From positions 5,104 to 69,103 of the forward strand of contig JACQJG010000009.1 in assembly GCA_016198125.1 (NCBI GenBank): 64,000 nt of DNA. Reading direction: 5' to 3'. This DNA is from Candidatus Iainarchaeum sp. GTDB taxonomy: Archaea; Iainarchaeota; Iainarchaeia; Iainarchaeales; VGJJ01. The notes below the pieces were generated by a model, which was not told the origin of the DNA, did not search any database, and worked only from the letters and a program-made list of their open reading frames with translations. The position numbers and the translations under genes were made by a program. Positions 37,173 through 48,000 of this stretch are shown here, in pieces (position 1 is the stretch's first letter; the number at the start of each line of letters is the position of its first letter).

Positions 37173-38329
37173 AAGTTCTGTTGCTGTCAATGGATTTCAC
37201 AGTTCCTGGAATGCACGGGGGCAGTTCTCATGTGGAAGGAGTGGTGCGCGCATTGAACGCGTTGGGTCATGAAGTTTTTTTGTTTACTCGGAAAGAGTGT
37301 GGAAGCGCGGAATGGGCAGACCAAGCCTTATTACATCCCTATTACCTGCCTTTTGCCCGCATTGGGCTTGTGCGTATGGCACAATATTGGATGTACGCTT
37401 TTCTTGGGGCGCTTTGGCTTTCGTGGACAAAAGGCATTGACCTGGTGTGGGAGCGCTCAAGGCCGTTTGGAGGCGCGGGCATCCAGACCGCAACCATTCT
37501 ACATAAAAAATCCGTGTTTGAATTGAACGAGCCCTTGTTGTACACGTTTGCGGCCCCTGCAGAGTCGTTAAAGTACAAGGTTATGGCCCGCCTGCTTGGG
37601 TCCGCGGCGCGCAGGGCCTCTGTAGTAGTGGCCACCCATTCATGCATGGTGGAAGGCCTGAAGCCAAAGAAAGTGGACTTGACGGATTGGGGGGCAGACC
37701 CTGAATTGTTTGCAAAGGGGCCTCACGCAGACACTATTCGCAAGGCCCACGGCCTTGTAAAGGGCAAGACTGCATTGTACATGGGGAGCCTCCGCTCATG
37801 GCACGCGCTGCGTGAAACACTCAACGCCTTTTCACTGGTCATTGAAAAAGAACCCCAAGCAAAACTTCTTTTTTTTGGCCAAGGAGAACTTTCTGTACAG
37901 TGCGATCAATGGATAGCTGAATTCCATCTTCAGGGACACGTAAAAAAAATACCCTGTGTTCCACACCGCGAAGACCTTTCCGCTTTCATTCACGCCGCGG
38001 ATGTGTGCCTGGCCTTGTACAACCGGAACTTTGAATGGTTCAAAAAGTTGGATTACTTTTATTCGCCCATCAAAGTGCACGAGTACAAGGCGTGCGGGAA
38101 ACCTGTCGTGGCAAGTGATCTGGGCAATTTACGGAAACTGGTGGCAGATGGAAAGAATGGGTTTTTGGTGAATGAACAGGATGCACAAGAAACGGCTGAC
38201 GCAATCCTAAAACTGTTGCGCAATCCTGCGTTGCGCAAGAAAATGGGCGCGTTCAATCAAAAAGAAGTGCGCGAAAAGTATGCGTGGAAGGCATTGGTTC
38301 AAAAAACCCTTTCGTTATTGCAGGAATAA
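37169..38329 (+). CDS. GT4 glycosyltransferase
   Basis: GGSSHV, Y.GS...WH, SPIKVHEYKACGKPVVAS. Confidence 0.85.
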   Translation: MKVLLLSMDFTVPGMHGGSSHVEGVVRALNALGHEVFLFTRKECGSAEWADQALLHPYYLPFARIGLVRMAQYWMYAFLGALWLSWTKGIDLVWERSRPFGGAGIQTATILHKKSVFELNEPLLYTFAAPAESLKYKVMARLLGSAARRASVVVATHSCMVEGLKPKKVDLTDWGADPELFAKGPHADTIRKAHGLVKGKTALYMGSLRSWHALRETLNAFSLVIEKEPQAKLLFFGQGELSVQCDQWIAEFHLQGHVKKIPCVPHREDLSAFIHAADVCLALYNRNFEWFKKLDYFYSPIKVHEYKACGKPVVASDLGNLRKLVADGKNGFLVNEQDAQETADAILKLLRNPALRKKMGAFNQKEVREKYAWKALVQKTLSLLQE

Positions 38330-38331
38330 GG

Positions 38332-39009
38332 ATGTTGAATGGCATGGGCAAATCCATTATTGTTCCCGCGTACAACGAAGAAGCAGGCATTGTTGAAGTG
38401 ATTAACCGGTGCAGGGCTGTTTGCCAGGCGGGCGATGAGATTGTAGTGGTGGACGATGGAAGTAAAGACAAAACCGCGGAACTTGCCCAAAAAGCAGGCG
38501 CACGCGTGGTAAAACTGGAAAAAAACAGGGGAAAAACCAGGGCGTTGCGTGAAGGCTTTTCTGTGGCGAAAAATGAAGTCATTGTAACCATTGACGCGGA
38601 TTGCACGTATCCGCCGGAAGCCATTCCTGAAATGGTAAAAGCATTGGATGGCGCAGACCTGGTGGTTGGAACGCGTTTCAGAAAAATGTGGCCCAGGGGA
38701 CTTCCCCTGCATCGCGTGCTGGCCAACAAGGTTGGAGCCCTGGTGACAAGCATTATTCTGATGCGCAAAATTACGGATGTTACCACTGGCTTGCGCGCGT
38801 TCCGAAAGCAGTTGATGAAAGAAATTCCAATTCATGCCCGGGGACTGGATTTCGAAGCCGAACTCACTGCGAGGGCCATCACGTGCGGGTACAGGTACAA
38901 AGAAGTGCCCATTGAAACCGATGAACGCAAAGGGGTCAGCACGCTTCGGTTTTTCCGGCACACGGGCATGTTTTTTGCGGCTGTGTTAAGGGGAAGATTT
39001 GGAAGGTAG
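38332..39009 (+). CDS. GT2 polyprenol-phosphate glycosyltransferase (DPM1-like)
   Basis: IVPAYNEE, VDDGSKD, IDADCTY, VVGTRF, D.TTG.RAF, E.PI...R.G.S. Confidence 0.85.
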   Translation: MLNGMGKSIIVPAYNEEAGIVEVINRCRAVCQAGDEIVVVDDGSKDKTAELAQKAGARVVKLEKNRGKTRALREGFSVAKNEVIVTIDADCTYPPEAIPEMVKALDGADLVVGTRFRKMWPRGLPLHRVLANKVGALVTSIILMRKITDVTTGLRAFRKQLMKEIPIHARGLDFEAELTARAITCGYRYKEVPIETDERKGVSTLRFFRHTGMFFAAVLRGRFGR

Positions 39010-39011
39010 CC

Positions 39012-40238
39012 CTACATTGAACCTGAAAGAGCATGCATATACGTTTTTTCCAGTTCGTCTGCAAGGCGTGCATCATAGGAAAAACGGTGTTCAACCATTT
39101 TGCGCGCGTTTTTTCCCAGGCGCACGCCCAGTGCAGGGTTGTGCATCAGTTCTTCGAAGGCATGTGCAAGTGCTTGGGGTTGATGGGGTTCAACAAGCAA
39201 TCCTGTTTTATGGTCTTCAACTGCTTCCGGAATGCCCCCCACTCTTGTTGCGACAAGGGGCTTGGCGCACGCCATGGCTTCCAGTACGCCGTGGGGAAAA
39301 GGATCGTACCACGATGGAAGCACAACCATGTCATGCCGGGCAATAATGGAAGGCAGGCGTTCATGGGGTACTGCATTTTGAAAATGTATGCAATGGCCAA
39401 GGCCTTTTTGTTGGACCGTGTGGGTCAACTCCTTTTGGTAGGAGCCGGTACCAAGGATGGTCAATTCAAATAGAGGTCCTTCTTTTTCAACAAGAATTTT
39501 TAATGCTTCGGCAAGGTCCTGCAATCCTTTCCAGGGCACAATTCTTCCAAAGTACAGGATTTTGAACACCCCATTGGATGGAGGTGCGGTCTTTGAAGGT
39601 GCAAACAGGTTTGAGTCCACCGCGTTGTGCACCACGAAAGTTTTTTCAGGAGAAATACCTTGGGCTTCCAGCCTGCTTTTTTGAAATGCACTGGGTGCTA
39701 TCAAGTACTGGGCATGGGAGGCAAGCGAATATTGCAAGAAGTCCATGAAGCGCACGCGCAATGGAAGGGTATTCGGGGCACTTGCCTCGTATTTTTTTTG
39801 CATTTCTTCAAAAGACATTTTTCCATTGTTTAACAGGTATTCCACGGACAAATCTCCAGTGTACTTGGCTAGAAGCGGAATGGAACGCAGGGAAAACAGG
39901 CGGCCTTTCACGGCCGCTGAAACGCTGATATTTAAATCATGGGCGTGAATAATGTCAATATTCTTGTCGCGCACAAGCTTGAATACCAGCCATGAAAGGC
40001 CTTCGATTGCTGAAAGTCCGTCCAGCAAGCCATACCTTGAGGGGTCTTTTCCAGCATACCATGCCCGATTCACATCAAAACCGTTCACGTGTTCATGATT
40101 TGGGAATCCTGGAAAGGCCAGTGCGGCCACATGAACAGAGTGGCCTTTTTCGGCAAGCAGTTTGGCGATGACAGGGACTGAAGAAGCAGGGCCTCCAATG
40201 CGCGGAGGGTAATTGGCGGATACATGCAAAATGTTCAT
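39012..40238 (-). CDS. GT4 glycosyltransferase
   Basis: YPP.IGG, IHAHD, HNAVD, GR....KG, DPFPHGVLEAMACAKP.VAT.VGG. Confidence 0.88.
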   Translation of the reverse strand: MNILHVSANYPPRIGGPASSVPVIAKLLAEKGHSVHVAALAFPGFPNHEHVNGFDVNRAWYAGKDPSRYGLLDGLSAIEGLSWLVFKLVRDKNIDIIHAHDLNISVSAAVKGRLFSLRSIPLLAKYTGDLSVEYLLNNGKMSFEEMQKKYEASAPNTLPLRVRFMDFLQYSLASHAQYLIAPSAFQKSRLEAQGISPEKTFVVHNAVDSNLFAPSKTAPPSNGVFKILYFGRIVPWKGLQDLAEALKILVEKEGPLFELTILGTGSYQKELTHTVQQKGLGHCIHFQNAVPHERLPSIIARHDMVVLPSWYDPFPHGVLEAMACAKPLVATRVGGIPEAVEDHKTGLLVEPHQPQALAHAFEELMHNPALGVRLGKNARKMVEHRFSYDARLADELEKTYMHALSGSM

Positions 40239-40268
40239 GGAAAGGCCTTTAACGATTCTGGGGGTGTA

Positions 40269-41258
40269 TTAAAACACGTTGATGTTGATTTCACTGGAAT
40301 AACTGCACGTCTGGCAAATGTCAAGTTCCTGGCGCAGGATTTGCCTGCGCATCTTCTGGTATTCTGGAGAACGCCAAATCTCCTTGAACGGCTTTTCGTT
40401 GACGTTTCCAACCACGTGCTTTCCGTCCCCGTCATAGCAGCAGCTGCTTACATCCCCGTTCCATAGAATGTTCGTGCCCCACGCCCAATAACAAATGGAT
40501 TTTTTGTTTTCGTGCACGCTTCGGATGAATTGCCTGCTTTCCGGAAGGAAAATGCTTTGCTTGGCAAGCTTTTCTTTGATGTCCTTGTACGCGCCAATGG
40601 AAATGGTTTTGAAGATCATGTGGTCCACTCCAAATTCGCGGGCCATTTTAACAATGTCTGCGAGCTGGTGCTCGTTGGATTTCATTACCAGGGTTTGAAG
40701 AGTTATGATTGGCTTGTCAAACCCGTTTTCTTTTTTGTACGCACATATTTTTTGAATATTTTCAACTGTAGTGTTAAAGTTGGATCCAATGCGGTAGAAT
40801 TCATGGGCCTGCGCCGTGGCGCCATCCAGCACGACAATCAGATGGGAGAGCCCGCTCTCAAATATTTGGGGCAGGAATTTGTCGATAATAGTGGTGTTGG
40901 AGCTTATTTTTACCTTGATGCCTTTTCCTTCTGCGTATTTTATCATTTTGAACAGGTCTGGGCACATGAAGGGTTCGCCTTGGCCGAACAATTCAATGGT
41001 TTCTGTTTTGCGCGGCAGTCCATCCACGAGGTTTTTGAAGGTCTCAAAGGACATGTTTCCTGTTTCCCGTGTCATGGTTTCACGCAGACACAAGGGGCAC
41101 TTGAGGTTGCACCTTGAAGTGGGTTCAACGGCTAAGACAAGCGGGGCATTCGCGTACAAAATGGAATCAGGAACCATGGAGAGCAGCCTGGATGTTGACT
41201 CAAAGGGCGCGTATTTGACCATTTTGCGTCCCACGAATTTCATTGCACGGGTAAGCAT
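40269..41258 (-). CDS. Radical SAM enzyme with SPASM/twitch domain
   Basis: EPTSRCNLKCPLC, GEP, C-terminal C..W....I.W.G.V..CC.D...GN......IW...C..C. Confidence 0.88.
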   Translation of the reverse strand: MLTRAMKFVGRKMVKYAPFESTSRLLSMVPDSILYANAPLVLAVEPTSRCNLKCPLCLRETMTRETGNMSFETFKNLVDGLPRKTETIELFGQGEPFMCPDLFKMIKYAEGKGIKVKISSNTTIIDKFLPQIFESGLSHLIVVLDGATAQAHEFYRIGSNFNTTVENIQKICAYKKENGFDKPIITLQTLVMKSNEHQLADIVKMAREFGVDHMIFKTISIGAYKDIKEKLAKQSIFLPESRQFIRSVHENKKSICYWAWGTNILWNGDVSSCCYDGDGKHVVGNVNEKPFKEIWRSPEYQKMRRQILRQELDICQTCSYSSEININVF

Positions 41259-41259
41259 G

Positions 41260-42213
41260 CTATTTTCCCCCCGACAATACACTGCGGGTCACATACACCG
41301 GGAGCACGGCCGCGCGCACCAATGTTGAGAGCGCTTCCACCAGGCCCACTTGAATGGAGGATCCCACATTCAAAGACGCTTGGCGCGCGGATATGAGCGC
41401 AACTGCAAATGGCAGAATGCCAAGCACGCCAAGAACGCTTAAAACTCCAAAACCGCCCAACGCGCCCGTGACAAATAATGCGAGTACAAGGTAAAGTGCT
41501 ACTGCAAGTCCAAAGTCTGCATCCCATTTTTTGGAGTGAAGAAAGTGAAACGCCTTGCCCTTGGCATACCAGGCATGTTTTTTCACATACTCCCAAATGC
41601 TTCCCTTTTCTTCCAGGTGAATCATGGAGTATCCGTTTAGGCGAAGTATGCGGTAGCCTTTTGCCCGAAGCCTGCCGGCAATAAAACCCTCTTCCTGGGC
41701 GACCAGGCGTTCATCCAGGCTTCCAACGGCGCGTTCATAGGCTTCTTTTTTTACTATAAAATTTCCCCCCAACGTATCAATGTACCCTGTTTTGTCCAGG
41801 CGCCTGAACCGCGCCTCGTACAATTTTGAGAACAATGTGCGTGTTGAATACTGTTTGCGCAGCCCTATGACCCCGCCAAGCGTGGAATCGTTTTCGAATG
41901 CATCCATCGCACGTTCAAGGAAACCCTTTTCCACCAATGAATCGCCGTTGACGACAAACACGTATTCTCCTTTTGCTTCGCGCATGCCGGTGTTGTACGC
42001 AAGCGGAATGGAAGCATGTGAAAGCCGAATCACGCGTGCATTTTTTTCCGAGGCAATCTCGCAGGTAGAATCGCTGGAAAGGCTGTCGACTACAATAACT
42101 TCCTTGTTTGAATAATTCAAGGCGTTCACGCAGTCCAGGCACTTTCCAATGAACTCTGCCTTGTCTTTGGTGGTGACGAGAACAGTTACAAGCGGCTTTT
42201 TGGACATATCCAA
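41260..42213 (-). CDS. GT2 glycosyltransferase with C-terminal TM helices
   Basis: P.VTV.V, VVDS.SSD, N.G...AKGEY, DxD-like NGDS, QEE. Confidence 0.8.
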   Translation of the reverse strand: MDMSKKPLVTVLVTTKDKAEFIGKCLDCVNALNYSNKEVIVVDSLSSDSTCEIASEKNARVIRLSHASIPLAYNTGMREAKGEYVFVVNGDSLVEKGFLERAMDAFENDSTLGGVIGLRKQYSTRTLFSKLYEARFRRLDKTGYIDTLGGNFIVKKEAYERAVGSLDERLVAQEEGFIAGRLRAKGYRILRLNGYSMIHLEEKGSIWEYVKKHAWYAKGKAFHFLHSKKWDADFGLAVALYLVLALFVTGALGGFGVLSVLGVLGILPFAVALISARQASLNVGSSIQVGLVEALSTLVRAAVLPVYVTRSVLSGGK

Positions 42214-43707
42214 TTAGCTCCCTGAAGCGCGCGAGACAAATGATTTAAAGTATTGGAGGAAGCCCTTCATGTTTCTCTGCAGGTCCCATACTGAACGAAT
42301 TTTTGTAATGCGGTGCAAAATATACCTGGGGCGCATGTAAAATTCTTTGTAGGCCTGTTTTTGCTTGCCCACCAGGTATTCGGCCGTCAAACCCTTGGTC
42401 ACAAATACAGGTTTGTCTGTTGCCACCATGTATCCTTCGAATGCCCCTTCATCAAAGTCCCCATATTGCGCTGCATATTGATACAAGGGAGCTCCAGGGT
42501 ATGGAACAGTAATGTTGAAACTCGCCGTACTGAGCGGGAGGGATTTGGCAAATACAATGGTGTCTTGAATGCTTTCCTCGTTGTCTGTGGGCAGGCCAAT
42601 TTGAAAGTATCCTTTTGCTTCAATGCCTGCCTTGTTGCAAATGGTTACCGCGTCGCGCACCTGCTGGAGGGTAATGCCTTTTTTAATGAAGTTGAGCACG
42701 CGTTGGCTTCCTGATTCAATTCCAAAGCTTATTTGCCAGCAGCCTGCGCGCTTCATCTTTTTTGCAAGGTCCAAGGTAATGGAATGCACGCGGCCCTCGC
42801 AACTCCACGTCATGTCCAACCCCCTTGAAAGGATTTCATCGCAAATGGCTTCCACTCTCTTCATATCAAATAGGAAGTTGTCATCGTAAAAGTTAATTTC
42901 CCGTATACCATGCCCTTTGTTCAGCATTTCCATTTCGTCCACTACATTCTTGGCGCTTCTGCCCCTGAAGGTGTCGCCAAAACTGGACTTGTCGCAGAAA
43001 ATGCATTTGAATGGGCACCCGCGCGAGCTCATCATGGTTGTAACCGGCCACCGCTTGTACTTGGTGCTGGGCCTGTAAGCTGTAAGAGCCGGTAAGAGGT
43101 CGCGGGCAGGAAATGGAATGGCATCAATGTCTTTAATCAAAGGCCTTGGCGGGTTGCGCATGACCTGGCCATTCTTTTTGTATGCCAGCCCTTGAATTTC
43201 TTCCGGAATTTTTTTTCCTTCCACGAATTGAAGGAGGTCGCAAAAGGTTTCTTCGGCTTCTCCCGATACACCAAAATCGAATGCATTGCTTTGCAGGGTG
43301 CGCTCGGGCATGGCACTGAAGTGAGGTCCGCCAATGACAATGGGAATGCTCATCTTTTCCTTTATTGTTTGGCATATTTTTTCCATGCGTGGGTGTGAAA
43401 CAGTAACGGATGTTACGGCAAGAATATCGCATTTGGAATCAAGGATTCGTTGAATGGTTTGTTCTTCGGTAATGAATTCTGCAAAGGCATCAATTAATTC
43501 CACGCGATAGCCTTTTTCGCGCACGTATCCTGCAATGTACGCCATTCCCAGGGGCGGGTTGACCATGATCATGCCTGGGTCGTAATTCAACATTTCTTCA
43601 TGGGACAATGGGGGGGTGACCATGGTTATTTTCAGGGTTTTCGCATGCAAAGGGGCTTGAGGGACTTCGGGCAAACCTGGGCGTTGACCAATTTGAACAA
43701 GTTCCAT
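42214..43707 (-). CDS. B12-binding-domain radical SAM enzyme
   Basis: PPLGMAYIA, GGPH, GEAE, SRGCPFKCIFC, YDDNF, FGIESG; probable start ATG 43707. Confidence 0.88.
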   Translation of the reverse strand: MELVQIGQRPGLPEVPQAPLHAKTLKITMVTPPLSHEEMLNYDPGMIMVNPPLGMAYIAGYVREKGYRVELIDAFAEFITEEQTIQRILDSKCDILAVTSVTVSHPRMEKICQTIKEKMSIPIVIGGPHFSAMPERTLQSNAFDFGVSGEAEETFCDLLQFVEGKKIPEEIQGLAYKKNGQVMRNPPRPLIKDIDAIPFPARDLLPALTAYRPSTKYKRWPVTTMMSSRGCPFKCIFCDKSSFGDTFRGRSAKNVVDEMEMLNKGHGIREINFYDDNFLFDMKRVEAICDEILSRGLDMTWSCEGRVHSITLDLAKKMKRAGCWQISFGIESGSQRVLNFIKKGITLQQVRDAVTICNKAGIEAKGYFQIGLPTDNEESIQDTIVFAKSLPLSTASFNITVPYPGAPLYQYAAQYGDFDEGAFEGYMVATDKPVFVTKGLTAEYLVGKQKQAYKEFYMRPRYILHRITKIRSVWDLQRNMKGFLQYFKSFVSRASGS

Positions 43708-43884
43708 TTCCTGTAAACCCCCTTTATATATAGGATTAGTTAACCCGTGGGTGCATTTAAAAGTATAGGTTTTTGGTACAAAAGAACCTGGAAGACTGTT
43801 TTTCAATGAGCTCGAACCAATAAAATTAATAAAGCGTGGGGAATCGTTTTAATCCATTAAAAGCGGTTTTTCAGAAGGGCTGGC

Positions 43885-45321
43885 ATGAAAGTATTGTTTG
43901 TACTGCAGGACCTTTACACGGAATCCATTCCCCTGATGACCTTGTCGGCTGTACTCAAGCAGGCCGGGCATGAAACCGACCTGGTATTGTTGTCCCATGA
44001 ACCCAACTACAAGGAAGCCGTAAAAGCCTTCAAGCCCGACATGATATGTTTTTCTGTTCTGGGCAGCATGATGCGCGAATTCTACTTCAACCTTTCCGCA
44101 GAACTCAAAAAAGAAACCCCGTTCGTTTCCGTTTTTGGAGGCGTGCCAGCCACTATGACCCCTGAATTGTTTGTTTCAAACGATGCAGTGGACGTGGTGT
44201 GTGTAGGCGAAGGGGATGAAGCCATTGTTGAATTGGTCCAGGCCCTGCAAACAGGGACAGATTACACGTGCATTCAAAACCTTTGGGTGAAAAAGAATGG
44301 GACTATTTACAAGAACCCTGTACGCAACCTTATTCCCATGGTAGATGAATTGCCGGACCCCGACCGGGAACTCATTTACAAGTACCCTGACTTTAAGGAA
44401 AAGGAAATAAAAAATTTCCTTACTACACGCGGGTGCCCGTTTCCATGCACGTACTGCTACAATCACTTCATGCATGGACTCTACAAAGGAAAAGGAGTGT
44501 ATGTGCGTAGGAGAAGCGTTCGAAGAGTAATCGATGAAATTAAACGCGTGCGCGACACGTATGGATTGGAGCGCGTGAACTTTGTGGATGACTTGTTCAC
44601 CATCGACCAGAAATGGGTGCTTGAATTTTGCGATGTGTATAAGAAAGAGGTTGGCCTGCCGTTCATTTGCCAGACGCGCGCGGAAATGGTGAACGATGAA
44701 CTGGCTCGCGCGCTCAAGGAAGCTAACTGCTGTTCCGTAGACTTTGCCATTGAATCTGGAAATGACTTTTTGCGCAACGATGTGATGCGGCGCAACATGA
44801 CCAAAGAACAAATTTTGAATGCCGGCCGCGTCCTGCACAAGCACAAAGTTAATTTTACCACGCTCAACATGGTGGGGCTTCCCGGGGAAAGCATTGAGAA
44901 TGCGTTTGAAACCATGGAATTGAATGCCAAAGTGAACCCCAATTATGCGGCCATCTACTTGTACCAGCCTTATGAAGGATTGAAACTCACAGAGTACGCA
45001 AAAGAACACGGGTATTTGGACAAAGACAAGGAAAAACACGTAGACTATCATTATGGCGTGTCATTAAACCTGAAAAACAAACACGAATTCAAAAACGTCC
45101 ATGACCTGTTCTTTTTGGGAGTCAAGTTTCCATTCCTTATTCCCACCATAAAAAAATTGGTAAAAGCCCCTTCAAATCCTGTCTACCATGCTTTTGGGAG
45201 AGGAGCAAGCGCGTATGCCAGTCTCTTTGTGACTCAATATACATCCCTGGGCTTTCAATTGAAGCGCGTGAAAAAGCTTGCACGTTTGAAACTGGGATTG
45301 GGCGCTAAGGCCAGCGCTTGA
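43885..45321 (+). CDS. B12-binding-domain radical SAM enzyme
   Basis: LSAVLKQAGH, GEGD, TRGCPFPCTYC, FVDDLF, AIESG, MVGLPGE. Confidence 0.88.
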   Translation: MKVLFVLQDLYTESIPLMTLSAVLKQAGHETDLVLLSHEPNYKEAVKAFKPDMICFSVLGSMMREFYFNLSAELKKETPFVSVFGGVPATMTPELFVSNDAVDVVCVGEGDEAIVELVQALQTGTDYTCIQNLWVKKNGTIYKNPVRNLIPMVDELPDPDRELIYKYPDFKEKEIKNFLTTRGCPFPCTYCYNHFMHGLYKGKGVYVRRRSVRRVIDEIKRVRDTYGLERVNFVDDLFTIDQKWVLEFCDVYKKEVGLPFICQTRAEMVNDELARALKEANCCSVDFAIESGNDFLRNDVMRRNMTKEQILNAGRVLHKHKVNFTTLNMVGLPGESIENAFETMELNAKVNPNYAAIYLYQPYEGLKLTEYAKEHGYLDKDKEKHVDYHYGVSLNLKNKHEFKNVHDLFFLGVKFPFLIPTIKKLVKAPSNPVYHAFGRGASAYASLFVTQYTSLGFQLKRVKKLARLKLGLGAKASA

Positions 45322-46288
45322 ATGAACCCACGGCTGGTTTTGACTCGAGCACTCCCTGTACCGCCCAAAAGTAGCCCGCCAACACGATTACATAAACGGC
45401 CAGCCGTGACACAACGGCAACCGCAGCCGCCACAGGGGTTGGATATCCCAGAAATCCATACAAGAAGACCATGGCCGCCTCGCGCGCTCCAATGCCTGCG
45501 GGAAGCTGTGTAATTCCCCCAACAAACGCAATAGCCGCATTCACTGCAAAAATGAATCCAAAGGGAACGTCCACGCCATACGAAAGGAAAAAAAAGTAGG
45601 TGGAAAGAACTCCCACCACCCAGTTCAACAGTGTAAAGAAAATGACAGGGTACATGGAAGAATGTGAAATCATGGTTTTCCAGTCCGCGCGCACGGCATG
45701 TACCATCTTAAAACCTTTTGAAATCAAGCGGTGAAAAAAGCCTGTGCGCATATCACTCCCCGATTGAAGGCGCTGAAACCAGTGTTCCGGAAAAAGAAAG
45801 AATACAAGCACTGCAATGAGCGCGAATGCCATGAAAATGAAAAAGTTGTACGTCGAATCATATGGCAGTCCTTGGAGGAAAAAGAACAGGCTGAGCAGCG
45901 TGAAAAACAGCACGGTTCCTGTGTCCAATGCAAACTCAAATGACGAGACAGACAGTCCTTCTGTTTTTCCTGACCCTGTAACTTTGGAGAGTGCAAGGGC
46001 TTTCACTGGAATGTTTGCGCGTGAAGGCGCAAAGTGCGTGACAAATTTGTCTATGAATTGGATGCGCAGGCGCATCCAAAACCCCTGCACACGGTTGAAC
46101 GGTTTCAATAAATATTTCAGGCGCCAGGACAGTACAACAAAATTGAATAGGACAAATACAATTCCAAGAGCCAATAAAAAAGGGTTTTTTACGCGTACAA
46201 TTATGGAAAGGTCAATTCCTGCAGTCAAGATGAAGAGCGCGAACAACGCGATTCCAATGGCATAGGAAAGCAAAACGCGTTTTTTCAA
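45305..46288 (-). CDS. UPF0104/lysylphosphatidylglycerol-synthase-TM flippase-like membrane protein
   Basis: About 8 TM helices; WR, PS, E...D, P.GIG.RE, SR motifs. Confidence 0.78.
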   Translation of the reverse strand: MKKRVLLSYAIGIALFALFILTAGIDLSIIVRVKNPFLLALGIVFVLFNFVVLSWRLKYLLKPFNRVQGFWMRLRIQFIDKFVTHFAPSRANIPVKALALSKVTGSGKTEGLSVSSFEFALDTGTVLFFTLLSLFFFLQGLPYDSTYNFFIFMAFALIAVLVFFLFPEHWFQRLQSGSDMRTGFFHRLISKGFKMVHAVRADWKTMISHSSMYPVIFFTLLNWVVGVLSTYFFFLSYGVDVPFGFIFAVNAAIAFVGGITQLPAGIGAREAAMVFLYGFLGYPTPVAAAVAVVSRLAVYVIVLAGYFWAVQGVLESKPAVGSFKRWP

Positions 46289-47958
46289 GCGGATTCCCTC
46301 AAATCGTACACGAAAACACCGCCATCCTTAAAAACAACAGGGTAGGAAAGCCCTGGCGACTCGGTGATATAATAGTCTGCGCCTTGCATGCCTTCAAACA
46401 CCACTTGATGGCCCTGGGCATTTACCACAATTGGAAACGCGTTTTTGTCAAACGCGTGCTGCGCCCAGTAGAACTTGAGGGTTCTTCCCACTTGGAATTG
46501 CCTGCACGCGCTGGGAATGACTTCAGGCTTTGAAAGATCGTCCAAGGAACGGTAAAGCAAGGGGTCTTTTACATAGGTAGTTTGGAGCAGGACAGGATCC
46601 ACTCCCACGCTGAATGGCGGTTCAAGCGTGTCCAGTTTTTCTGCGACTGCATAAAAACCATGGGGATAGGACTGGTTGCCTGCAAGCACAAACGCGTAGC
46701 CTGCAAAATAAGCCAAATAGGCAACGCCCAAAATTACAAGAACGTGCTTTGCGCGGTTGCCATAACGCCCTGCGATTTGCGCGCAAAGCAGGGAAAGAAA
46801 AACCGAAAACGGGAACAAGAATGCCAGGTAGACAAATTTTACTGCAAGGTACAATTGATGTACCTGTTTTTCTGCAATGCCCGGAATTCCAATGAGCATG
46901 TTAAATCCAAAGTAGGCCGCGCTTGCAACCATGACCATGCCAAGCGATACGCCAAATGCCAAAGGCACTGGCAGGGCTTTGTGTTTTGACTTCCTTAAGG
47001 CAAGCCCAATGAGAATAAATGCAAGGAACATCAAAAGCGGGGCAGGAGGCACTTTTATGCCTCCGCGCACAATGAGCAAATGCACGATTCCTTCCGGGGT
47101 AAAAAACCATTTCAGTAAGAGGCCTGCGAATTCCTGGAACACCAGAATGCCTCCTGCCAGCATCAATGCAAAGTGTTCAAGGGTTTGCATGCGCGGAACG
47201 CGCGCAAGAAAATGGTATGCAAACACGAATACCCCATACGCCATGTAAATGGGCGGATAGGCAAGCATGCCTGCAAACGAAAGCACGCGCAGCCCCTTGG
47301 AAGAAGGGCTTGAAACAAACAGGAACAGCGCGGCCACTGCAAAGAACTGGCCCATGAGCTGGGGCCCGAATCCTGCCTCGAGTGCATGCCACAGGGTAAT
47401 GGAAAAGCCCCCAATAAATGCGGCGCCAAAGGCAATCCTTTCATCGAAGAGCCTGCGTGCAACAAGAAACAGGCCGAGCACGGAAAGCAGGGTGAATGCA
47501 AGCATGAGCAGCGTATTCATGGTATACGTATTTGGAAGTGCATGGTACAGCATGGAAGCTGTGCCCAAATAGATTTGAGGATAGGCATGAACGTACACGC
47601 CTGGAATAAAGGAGGAAATGCCTGTAACATTGGGGTCAAAGTGGCCTGTTTTTGCATTCACGCGGACAGCCGCGGCATGATTCATTAAATCGCTGCACGT
47701 AACGGGAAAAATGCCGCTTGGAAGGGAAACCCACACAAGCAATGCGCCCAAAATTATAAATAGGAGTGCAAACCTCTTCCACTCTTTTACAGGCTGCGAT
47801 GAAAATTTTCCTGCAAGAACGGTTGCAACAACAAGGCCCAAAACAATGCCTGCAATGCTTGTACCAAAAGAAAGCAGTCCGGCATACCCAAGAAGAATGC
47901 CAATAACGCTCAAAACAGCAAAGAATGCGGTAAACCATATAAAGGCTTTTTCAAGCAT
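46285..47958 (-). CDS. Polytopic membrane protein, possibly GT-C glycosyltransferase
   Basis: More than 12 TM helices; loop D..NH....YP; soluble C-terminal domain; lies next to the flippase. Confidence 0.5.
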   Translation of the reverse strand: MLEKAFIWFTAFFAVLSVIGILLGYAGLLSFGTSIAGIVLGLVVATVLAGKFSSQPVKEWKRFALLFIILGALLVWVSLPSGIFPVTCSDLMNHAAAVRVNAKTGHFDPNVTGISSFIPGVYVHAYPQIYLGTASMLYHALPNTYTMNTLLMLAFTLLSVLGLFLVARRLFDERIAFGAAFIGGFSITLWHALEAGFGPQLMGQFFAVAALFLFVSSPSSKGLRVLSFAGMLAYPPIYMAYGVFVFAYHFLARVPRMQTLEHFALMLAGGILVFQEFAGLLLKWFFTPEGIVHLLIVRGGIKVPPAPLLMFLAFILIGLALRKSKHKALPVPLAFGVSLGMVMVASAAYFGFNMLIGIPGIAEKQVHQLYLAVKFVYLAFLFPFSVFLSLLCAQIAGRYGNRAKHVLVILGVAYLAYFAGYAFVLAGNQSYPHGFYAVAEKLDTLEPPFSVGVDPVLLQTTYVKDPLLYRSLDDLSKPEVIPSACRQFQVGRTLKFYWAQHAFDKNAFPIVVNAQGHQVVFEGMQGADYYITESPGLSYPVVFKDGGVFVYDLRESA

Positions 47959-48000
47959 AGTATGATAGTTTTGGCGTGCGAACTTAAAAAATGAAATGGT